A stretch of DNA of 63,064 bases, filler included, from Welwitschia mirabilis (taxonomy: Eukaryota), in the NCBI GenBank assembly GCA_051453625.1. It is 7 parts of one record of this genome, joined end to end, with 100 filler letters (N's around TTAATTAATTAA, not from the genome) between each part and the next. Parts side by side here need not be neighbours in the genome. Positions count along the whole stretch, not along the records: positions 42,345 to 54,634 come from JBOZIK010000001.1; positions 54,735 to 61,291 come from JBOZIK010000001.1; positions 61,392 to 63,064 come from JBOZIK010000001.1; 4 more parts are not named here. The stretch is one strand, 5' to 3'. This document shows, one piece after another, positions 52,981 to 63,064 of the stretch. Below the pieces are notes generated by a model. It ran no database searches. It was not told where the DNA came from and saw only the letters and a program-made list of their open reading frames with translations. Position 1 is the first letter of the stretch, and each line of letters starts with the position of its first letter. Made by a program: the position numbers and the translations under genes.

Positions 52981-54353
52981 ATCACCTAAAATCTTTAATA
53001 GAAAGGGGAGTGGTGAATAAGCATTGTCCCTTCAATCTCTTCTAAGGGAAATTAACTTTTATTTTTAATCTTCCCTTGTGACAGGTAACTTGTGTAGGTG
53101 CACACTACTTAGAATTAGTTCACTTGAAGTTATAGATTGGAATTGATCTTATATGGTGCTTCTACTGAGTTAGATTCATTTCACAAGGAGTGTTAAGTTA
53201 TTTACTTCAAAAAGGAAGAATGCAACAACATCATCTGGTCGATACCTTCTTAGAGGTACGCTAAACCCGCTCATGGTTACAGTCTTTGAAGCACTAGTTA
53301 TGGTGTGTCTTGGGCAACACTTATCTCTTGGGAATGCCATGCTAATGCAGGTAAATGCTTAACAGATGGATTCTCAACCCATAGTCTCTACAGAGTCTAT
53401 GGAATGGTTTGACTGTGTAAGAAGGAATTGCAAAGTAGGTTGCTGAGATGTATCATTCGTTAGGAGCATAATGGTTTAGCCTCGTCCTATCGGCGAAACA
53501 TGCCTGTGTAATTCACTATAGCCTCAAATGGTTGCTTATGAAGTAACTGACCTTCAATGTCTTCAATCTGACTCAATGAAGAGGTGAAACCATATTGAAC
53601 TAATAAGTGGTGTACTCCAAGCTAGCTATTTACGCCCAAGGGTGTCTTGATCAATGTGGAAGGCTTCCCTTGCAAGTTGATTACCCTTTATCTATTCTTA
53701 GAAGGACGTCTGTTTTCATTTCTACTTAATCTCATCATAAAGTTAGTTGCACTAAGTACTGTAATTTAGCTAATTCGTTTCTTAGTTTGGTTAATTGCCT
53801 TAGATAGGAAATGTTTTTAGTATCAACATCATTCAACTCCTTTCACTTGATGCCCAAGATCATCAAAATCTGGAGTGTGCTTTATTTCTTAAAATACATA
53901 ATCTTTGCAAGTTCTTAAATCATCACCACTTGTGGTCGCCTAGCTACTCAAGTAGTAATTACTTGATCATCACTACTATATTGCCTAGTGACTTACAGAG
54001 CAATGATCATCGCATCCGATCACCATTACTACTTGTGTCGTCTAGTGACGTAGGCAACAATGGGCATTGTTATCTTGCAAACATTGTTACTTATAGTCAC
54101 CCAACAACATCCAATGACACATTGTGAGGTTATAAACTGTCGCTCCTCCATTTTCAAACTCGTGTTTCCTTTGTTTCACTCATGCATCAGTAGTGCTTAA
54201 TACCTTGAAGCGACTTTCAAGTGACCCTAAGAAGCACAATTCTCTAACATCAAGTAAGTTTCTTCCTCTCTATCTATAGATTTTCATATTGCAACTTGCA
54301 TTTCTTTGCCTTGATTCGCAACAGCTTTCTTTTCTTTACAAGTTTCTTTTCCT

Positions 54354-54633
54354 TGTTAAGATCAAAAGGCACACTAGGGGTACAAATAGGGTATTTTAAA
54401 ATTGTTTTACAATAACAGAATTTTAGATCTAAAAACCAATGGAAATAAAATAGGAGAAACAAGAATAGAAGCAAAAGACAAGTGCACTAGTTTTATAGTG
54501 GTTCGGCAATCCTTGCTTACTCCACTCTTAGGGGGCAACAACGTGCTTCCAGCCTCTTGTTTCCTTTAAAACACTGAACAACTTGGGCACATCACAACAC
54601 CTGTCTCTAAGGGTTACAATCCACTCCTTTCAC
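54354..54633 (-). mobile_element. SIRE-type LTR 3' end, cut by gap
   Basis: TGTTAAGATC..AATAGGG; conserved hairpin 54497-54526. Confidence 0.75.
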
Positions 54634-54738
54634 ANNNNNNNNNNNNNNNNNNNNNNNNNNNNNNNNNNNNNNNNNNNNTTAATTAATTAANNNNNNNNNN
54701 NNNNNNNNNNNNNNNNNNNNNNNNNNNNNNNNNNAGAG

Positions 54739-54990
54739 TGTATTATTATCTACATTGATAAATGTGTATATGTGCTATTGTAACATTATCAAAAAAACAT
54801 TAGCAAATAATTCTCTATTTAACATCACTACTGGGCTTACAATTTAACCTATAACTATGTACTACTTATATTAAAAATAAATGTCATAAGATCGATGTTG
54901 GAATCAAGAATGCACTCCTTGGCATGTGTGTGAAAAATGGTAAAATTAAGGATGCCTTTTTCATATGACTCCTCTAAAAGATGAGGGATA
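54739..54990 (+). pseudogene. PLS-class PPR gene fragment
   Basis: IDVGIKNALLGMCVKNGKIKDAFFI* and VLLSTLINVYM resemble the PLS repeat consensus (DV.V.NAL+.MY.K.G.+.DA..+F). Confidence 0.55.
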
Positions 54991-54994
54991 TTGA

Positions 54995-55526
54995 GCACTC
55001 CTCCTTCTAACATCAACAATAAGTGAAAATAAGAAAATTCAGGGGAAAATGGTGATGATGGTATTTTTAGAGCTCAAGCACGGTGCTAGCACTACAGTGA
55101 TACATCACATGAAAGAGGCATTAACATTGGGTGAAGCCTCAAAATAAGGATTCATCTTATATCTCTGTTAATTTTGAAGACCAAACGAGGTGGGAAGAAA
55201 TCATGTAGAAAGTAATAGTTTCTCATAGATCTATATAAGAAGAAAGACAAGAAGGATGTTTAAAAAATAGTTCAAAATATCTTGCTATTTATTTCTAAAG
55301 TGCCATAATAAAGTAATGGTAAAATTTTTTAGATTCCTAAGGGTTTTAATATTTGCATTTGAGAATAAAGAAAAAAATGCCATAAAAAAATTTCTTAAAA
55401 TTTCTTGATTTAATTGGTTCTTTATTTTCAGTTCTAGAGATGGTCTCCATTGGATCAGTGGTAATATCATTGCTAGATTGGAAAGAGAGGTTGCAGAAGA
55501 TGGGACCAAAATATCTAGCAAATTAG
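54995..55526 (+). other. Putative two-exon fragment of an unidentified gene (to 55082; 55432-55526)
   Basis: GT..TTTTCAG phase-2 intron; spliced peptide ENGDDGIFRAQARSRDGLHWISGNIIARLEREVAEDGTKISSKL; GTAAT donor. Confidence 0.45.
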
Positions 55527-55729
55527 GTAATCATGGAATCTTATTAAAGTTATTTTGGATGCTTGTTCATTTTAAAATGCCTTCAAATGTGCAAAGGAAA
55601 AATTACTATGCTTGAAGATAAAGTATACTAACTTGTATGATTTTCTTACTCTAACTATTAAAATGCTTAGAGTTATTGTCAAAAGTTTTATATAATTAGG
55701 GTTTTTTGGTGATTTCATCATATATAATT

Positions 55730-57131
55730 TAAAGAATGAATCAACCCTAGAGGGGGATGAATAGGTTGTAATAAAATAATAAAGTACTTTGAATACCTAT
55801 AAATAGAATGAAAAGAATCCACCAAAAGATCAAAAAATGCTTTAATGATGGAGAGTCACCACCCTTCAACTCTTAGACACCAAGTCTCTAGTTGGCATAG
55901 ATTAACCTCAACAATTGGTTTTTAGGCTCACTAGTAACTTATACAATCACCAGTGGATTTTAGGGCTCATCCACAACCACACAAGAATCGATTGAAGTGA
56001 GGTGCACAAATGCACAGTTCTTATCCACAAGTACAAAGAAAGCCCTGACAAGCTTGATTGGAAAGAGTAGAGTCCTGAAGATTTCAGATCACAAGATGAG
56101 TCAAGCACAGTGCATACAGTACATGTTACAGTATTCGATTTTTGTCTCTGTTGATCAATAGTAGTCTGTCACTCTTGTGAAGGAGGTATTTAATTAGAAC
56201 GGCTGGAAATAGCCCTTCATAGGGGGAGGTGCAGACCATTGGAATGTAGTTCCGCCTTTTCTTATAAAGCGTGGAAGCACAACAGTTATAATCAAAACAC
56301 ATTGGGTCGACCTTACAGAATTATGGGCGGCCCGTAGCATCCCTTACCAAAATGTTCGGTGGCCCTTACCTGGTTCGGTTTTGACAATCTGCTGATCTTG
56401 AGTATTTGGTCGTCTTTCCAATGATCGGGAGTTGGCCTCTTCTGATTCAGTTTCACAGACAAGTCGCCCGAGTATAATTGGTCGATCGCCTGCTTAATAA
56501 CCCTTTCTTTTCTGGGCTGCATTTGGTCAGCCTATCTTGTGTATTCGGTTGTTCTCACTGTTAGTCAACTGAAATTTCCGAATCTAATTTGGTCGCCCTT
56601 AACAAGAATCTCGGTCGCCCGTTCTTGTTTTAGTTTGCATCTGGTTTGACTGTCGGTTGCCCCACCTGAAAGACACAGTTGCCTGTGCTAGAAGCGGACT
56701 TCATCTTTATAACAGTCCGGTCACCTGGATGAAAAGTTCGGTCACCCGCATTTCATGTGGGTGTTTATCTAAATGACAGTTCGGTCACCTGTGCTAGAAA
56801 ATCTCTGCCAAATACACTGACTCCACACTCCACAAAACGCGTTGATTGATCAATGACAACAGGTTCTTTCAATAGTCCCCATATATGCTTCCTGTATACA
56901 AGTTCGGACGTCTCGATAACAAAGCTCAGAAGTCCTCATACATTTTCCTACGTATAGGGTCGAACGTCCTGGTGATAATGTTCGGACGTCCCCATACATT
57001 TCACCGCGTACAAGGTTGGACGTCCTGTATAACAAGCCAAACGTCCAAATTGGTACAACTTCAGATTTTCATGACTTTAGTAAAGCTAATGCACAGACTT
57101 AGACATCATTAAAACTTTGGATACCTCCACA
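55730..57131 (-). mobile_element. Degenerate or composite SIRE-type LTR
   Basis: CTAGAGGGGGATGAATAGG U5 signal; GGTCGCC array then GGACGTCC array; CATCATT..CCACA end. Confidence 0.65.
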
Positions 57132-57244
57132 GATTCTTCCACATTCCTTTCTTCGCATTCTTATTCCATTTGTTTGGATCTTCCTTGGAACTTGAATCTC
57201 TTCTATAAAATTCTGCGGGTGTTGCAACTTCAAGCTATTAAGAT

Positions 57245-58034
57245 CATACTTTTAAAAAGTGGAATTGCTATGGAAGTGTTTTTTCGGTTGAAAGATTCAA
57301 ATGCAAAAATCGCCAAAATTCTGACCCGAAACCACGCAGAATCACGAAGTATAGAAATGAAGAATTATAATAAAATATGTTATTTTTCAAGTAGATTTTG
57401 AGATCTTGAATTTTTAATGATAAGTCAAGTCCAAAAACAATTTAAAAGTATTGTTATTAATAACGAGACAAGTAAGTATCAATTACCAACCACAGTTTTT
57501 GAAGTGTATTAAACAATTTAAGGTAGAAAACAGTATTGCATATAGTTTTTAAAGTTCAAAACAAAACATGAAAAGTAAACTATTCACAATTTCTGAAAAA
57601 GATCAACGTTATATGCAACATGTTATAGCAGGCGTTTGTATTCTAGTACCATAGGTGAAAAGTTTTTAACATTGCAACCATAACACAACTGTGGTGATCA
57701 TCCATGTTAGAAATCTTTAAAAAATTGAAAATACTTTACCTTCAATGAAATGGTAGTTTTAATGTCAAAATTACGTGTGTCTAGGTTACTAAGGGAATGA
57801 AGCAATGTTCTTGATGTAAGATGGTATTGAAAATATAGGGATAAAACAAGATTTTTGAATTTTACTAGACCGTTTTACGCTAGAAGATCTTGGAATCGCC
57901 GAAATCGCGATTCTAGATCAGTGGAATAGAGATTCCTACATAATTGCGATTTTGTGGCAATTCAAAGCGTTTTTTATGGAATCGTGATTCTAGATCGCTA
58001 GAATCGCGATTCTAATCAGTGTTTTAAAAGTATG
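57245..58034. mobile_element. Non-autonomous hAT-type element (790 bp)
   Basis: 13-bp perfect TIR CATACTTTTAAAA; 8-bp TSD ATTAAGAT/TTTAAGAT; subterminal AATCGCGATT palindromes. Confidence 0.85.
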
Positions 58035-60589
58035 TTTAAGATACACAACATTTGTAGCTTCATTTGGATTGTAAATGCACCTCTATTGTAGGAGTAGGAA
58101 TTGACTCCATGATAGCTCCCAGCTGGCTCATTAACCTTCTTGATTTTTCACTCTTTATCAAATGCTTGGGCATAATAGATGTCTACTCTGCAGTAATGCT
58201 CCATTAAAAAAAACACACATATCCAGCTAAATTGAATGCAATAGTGCCCTTAGATCCACATTTTCAACCATGAGTTCTTGCTTCTATGCTCTCAACAGGC
58301 ATCTACAATTATTTTATAAAAGTCACCATCAGGTTTCTTTCCATTCCATGTTCCATGTTGCCGACCTTCATTTTGTAAGAGATTCATTATCTAGGTTATT
58401 TACTTTTGTCCATTAATACTTCATTGAATTTCTTATTGTGATAAATAGTATAATAGATAGATTTGCAAGGCACACTATTCACTAGATTCCAAATTAACAT
58501 GTTTTCAAGATAAAAACCACTCTTATATTTCTCATAAGGGATTCAAGAAGATATGTTACTTGTTCAATGATGAACACAGACTATAATTTGACTGCATTCA
58601 TTTGGTCTCACATAATAGAGTTCACGAAGGAGGGCAAGCTAGCATTCTCACCGTATCCATGCCTCATCAATAGATTAACCTGATGATCCATTCCTCCATG
58701 TGCAAATATAGGCTTCATCTCTAGTTGCATTGTGATGATTAAAACTTTGTAGATGATGGGCATTGGAAAAGGCTAAGCAGTGGAATTGGAACTTACTCTA
58801 CCTTCTACATCAATTGTACCTAGCCCTTCTTCTTCTATAGTAGGTCCCTCTACTTCTGCTATGTTAGGCCCTTCCACATTAGTCATTCCTCCTCCACCAT
58901 TGTTGGACACAAAGGAGGAAAAATTGCTAGTGGACTAAATTGCAGATCTATGGTAGCATTTTGATCAATAGATGGTGCATATGTGAGCCTACATCAACTA
59001 TCAAATCATTGGCATGCGAGTCCTATGGCCTTCAAATTACGACCGTCAGATCTTATGTGTTCCAATGCATGGATAATGTACGCGAAGGATTTGCACAACT
59101 TGGGCATGCACTCTTCTAGCAACAAATCACACTAAATGAGTTGGATGCTTTCAAACAAGCTATCAGAGAAGAAAAGGAAGGGTTTGCATTTCTTGCTCCC
59201 CTTTAGGGGACCTCTCTTGTTATTCCTTCTTCTTCCACACCTTCTCTGTGTTGCTATATTTTGGTGAGTTATATGTTGTAAAGGAAATAACTCTTTTTGA
59301 CTTTTGTAATACATGCTTTACATTATTACAAACACGAACTTTGTCTTTTTGCTACCTCTTCTTTTTGGCTTTTTTATTTGGGGAGTAATCTTCTTCCATA
59401 GGTCTTGTTTATCTTTAATCAACCTACCTTGCTATGGTTTGCAACAACTTCGTAGGGGGCTATGTAAACACTTAAACCGAGGCTTAGGGACATGCTAATC
59501 TTGGAAATTGAGTGTGATAATGTTATAAGAACTTTGCCAGAGGATTGGAAGCACACAAATGCAGAGTTGGCTAAAGATAAAAGAATCGTCAAGATCATCG
59601 CTACTTCTATGAAATATTGTCATCAAGCGACTAATCCCACAAAGATCTTGTGTGTAAGCTTATTGCCACATTCCTTCATCGGGGCGAGGATCCAACAATA
59701 TTAAAAGATAGCCAAATTCATTGCCACTTTCCATCATTGCAACAACTATCTAATGACAAATTGTTCTATTGCAGACCAAATCTATCAACACATGCCATTG
59801 CCAAGCAATCGCATCCACTGATCCCTTCTGTTGTTACAAATTGCAATTGTTACCACATTCCATTACGCAATGGCATCATCCAACGACACCTTCTGCTATT
59901 GTAGAGTACAATTGTCACCACATTCCATCACCTGGTGACACGAGGAGCTACAAAAGTAGTTCCTGCATAACCAACTCTTTTAACTTCCTAACTTATTCAC
60001 AAGCTATAGAAGCAAGGGGGTTGTCCTTGCTAAGGTTAGCCAATTTCATTGCTAACAGACATGACAGAAGTAGTGAGAATGAGGAGGCCACTGGGAAGTA
60101 GTAGGAATGAGGAGGCCACTGGGAGAGACGTGGAGCTAGGTCCCTGCCTCATCTCGTGAGTTAGGGTGAGAACCTTGTTTCCAAGCCCTCAACGTAAGTC
60201 ATGTATTAGATGTATTGGACTTAATAAATCATCTCATATTCTGATTTTCAAATTGTGTAGTGTTTTGCATTAAAGAGTCTATTGATGATTGATGTCATAT
60301 TGGTGTGTGGTTAGAGACTAGCTGGGTGACAGCCAACTAGCGTTTGGTAGTGACTTGCGTTGTTTCTTTAGTTGCATTATTGTTTCTTTTAGTTTGCATT
60401 CCAACTTCTTTTGGAACAATTTGTAATCTCTTTCTCTCTCAAGCATTCTTCTACTCTCTAACCTCTTGTCTTCATCAGTTATGATACTTGGGATTGTTGA
60501 ATGGTTTACATGTATGCTTAAACATGTTGCACAACAAGCCCATCAAGCCCATCAACCTTATGTCAGACCAGACGATGAAATGTACAAAA

Positions 60590-61150
60590 CTCCCTACCAA
60601 GGAAAAGTTTTCTTCCATTTTGATCTTATTTATATCCTTAGTTTCCTCAGTGACAGTGGTTTTAGGTTTAAACTTCTTGAGGAGGCTGCAAAGTATTTTT
60701 CAGACAACTTTATTCTAAGGCATGCTCTCACCTAAACCCCACATGCCATTCAATATGTCATTGATTTTTGTGGTGTACTTAATTACTGATTCATTCTCTT
60801 CCATTTTTATATTCTTAAACTTGGTTGCAAGCATTCACAACTTAGTGTTTTTGGCCACATCAGTGCCTTCATGTGTAATTTCACGTATGTTCCAAATCTC
60901 CTTTTCAGTTGAGCATTTGATGACTACTATTCTTCAAAAAAGAGGGCACTTATTAGAGCATTAATAGCCTTGGAATTGAGACTAGCATTCTTCTTGTCAT
61001 CAGCATCCCACTTGTCACTAGGTTTTGATACCATAACTTCCACCATATGATCACAATCAATTGGTTGTATGAAGATCACCGTCTTTGATTTCTAGTAAGC
61101 ATAGTTTGATCCTCTAAACAAGAGAGAGATTTAGTTGATTCTAATCCAAG
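60590..61150 (-). pseudogene. Copia gag remnant
   Basis: GSNYAY*KSK, NSKAINAL, KEIWN..THEGT, KFKNIKMEENES. Confidence 0.75.
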
Positions 61151-62068
61151 ATGTGCCTGCACCAGGTATTAACTCTAAGTATAAAACAAAAAAATGATTG
61201 TAGAGTTTTGCTTATGGGAGATTGAGATCAAAGATAATTACAAGTGTAGCAGCAACAAGAAGGGATGATGTTTAAAACTTGTTATGTGTGCNNNNNNNNN
61301 NNNNNNNNNNNNNNNNNNNNNNNNNNNNNNNNNNNTTAATTAATTAANNNNNNNNNNNNNNNNNNNNNNNNNNNNNNNNNNNNNNNNNNNNCTTTTTCTT
61401 TTTCTTTCTTTCTTTCTATCCTTTTTTTTTTTGAAGCAAAATGATAATTCCCACAGGATCACACACTTAAGAAGACTAAGGTGAATAAGTAAAGTAAAAG
61501 ATGAAAAAGAACACTCCTTGATCACTTAGGATTTAACCACCATTAAAAAAAATAATACAAGAAATAAGGTATCTTCCTGTAAATAAAATCCATAGACATG
61601 GGAATGTCTCAAGATTGGGTGAATCCAATCTTAATACTTATAAATACCCAAGTATAAAACTAATCATAATATTTTATGAAGTAATACACAAGCCAAGTTA
61701 AAAGATGATCAGGTAAAGTTATAATATTTAACTAAGGAAGTAGGTTAAGAAAGAACTTAGATAGGAAACAAATACTTCTACTATGTTCACAGTTACATCT
61801 AAAAATACTCATATCATTTCAATCATTTTCTATGTGTGCACACCATTTTACACCCATAATTTTTATGATTTGTTCNNNNNNNNNNNNNNNNNNNNNNNNN
61901 NNNNNNNNNNNNNNNNNNNNNNNNNNNNNNNNNNNNNNNNNNNNNNNNNNNNNNNNNNNNNNNNNNNNNNNNNNNNNNNNNNNNNNNNNNNNNNNNNNNN
62001 NNNNNNNNNNNNNNNNNNNNNNNNNNNNNNNNNNNNNNNNNNNNNNNNNNNNNNNNNNNNNNNNNNNN

Positions 62069-63064
62069 CTCTACCTAGAAGTAGGGGATATCCATTTTGA
62101 TACTTAACTTCTAAAACAACTATATCTATAGGGTAGAAAACTTTCTCGATCTGAATAACCAAGTCCTTTATCACACCTAAGGGTTTCTTAACAGATGAAT
62201 TAGCTAACTCCAAGATAATTTATGTAGGTTCTATTCTCTTTTCTAATCCTAAATGTTTACAAATGTGCAAGCGCATGATATTAACATTGGCTCATATCTA
62301 TCAAGGCTTTCTTAATTCTTTGGTTTTCCTCTAAAGTAATACTAACAGTTGCTACCCTTAGATCTTTAAATTTTAGATACTTGTTAGAAACTAAGTTGCT
62401 AATAGATTGAGCTAGGAAGGTTTTACTAGGGATAGTTCATTTTTGTTTTCTTCTGATTAAGTCTTTCCATAGCTTAGAGTATTTGGGATTTTCTTATAAA
62501 AGTTTTCAAAAAGGTAAATCGATGCTTATGTTTTACATTAAGGCTTTTAAGTGATCATTAAAGACATGATTTTTGTTAATCCTATTAAGTCATGGAGTGA
62601 TAGGTTTCTTTTGAGACTGATCTTTCTTTTTATTGCTAAGTAAAAAAGGGAAGGAATGATTTTCTAAGGTTCTTATGTCTTCTTTACCATTGTTCTTGTC
62701 ATTTTGGGAATTTGAAGCCTCATGAGTAGGCGAAGTTATGTTAATTCCACTCCTTATCACCACCTTATAATTTTTTTGTACTTTGTTAGGATTTGGTAAA
62801 GGTTGAGTAGCAAGGATCCCTTGTGGTCTTTGGTTGGCAACCATGGTTTGTTGTAAAATGTTCACAAGATTTTCTATGTTTGCATTTATCTTCTCTTGGA
62901 TTTTTCTTAACTTATCAATATAAATTCTAAGAGGATTACTATAGTTATAGGAGTTGAAAGGGCTTGCCATGTTATTTTAATAGTTGGATTAAAAGTTTTG
63001 ATATTCAAATCTATTTCGGTAAGGTTGGGATTTAGGATGATGTATTTAAAAATTGTTAGTTTGT
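62069..63064 (-). pseudogene. Gypsy (Athila-like) gag-protease remnant
   Basis: LATQPLPNP..VIRSG; LELANSSVKKPLGVIKDLVIQI..YPIDIVVLE..PLLLGR. Confidence 0.75.

Noticed and set aside
53050-53700. Possible decayed accessory ORF after the gypsy integrase
   Set aside because: Too many stops and no recognisable motif.
58040-60470. Possible gypsy gag and LTR remnants
   Set aside because: No termini, PBS or convincing protein motif could be fixed.

Overview
Repeat-saturated plant nuclear DNA from a fragmented assembly, with many N gaps and six artificial TTAATTAATTAA spacers. Most of the window is nested, decayed transposons. These are mainly Sirevirus/SIRE-type Ty1/copia elements (tRNA-iMet PBS, multiple AAAGGGGGAGAT polypurine tracts, palindrome-rich LTRs, an env-like extra ORF). 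There are also Tork-like copia, Tat- and Athila-like gypsy remnants, hAT transposase remnants, two hAT MITEs and a tRNA-derived SINE. Two intact, in-phase exons of the host gene pTAC3/PAP1 (18777-18854, 25067-25224, + strand) are hidden among them and missed by the ORF track, so the window probably lies largely inside giant introns of that gene. The most striking observation is a covarying hairpin with an AGUA/GAA internal loop (sarcin-ricin/loop E consensus) at the same position in eight otherwise divergent LTR copies. There is also a small cluster of apparent host-gene fragments at 54.7-55.5 kb. All family assignments come from motif recognition by eye; no database searches were run.
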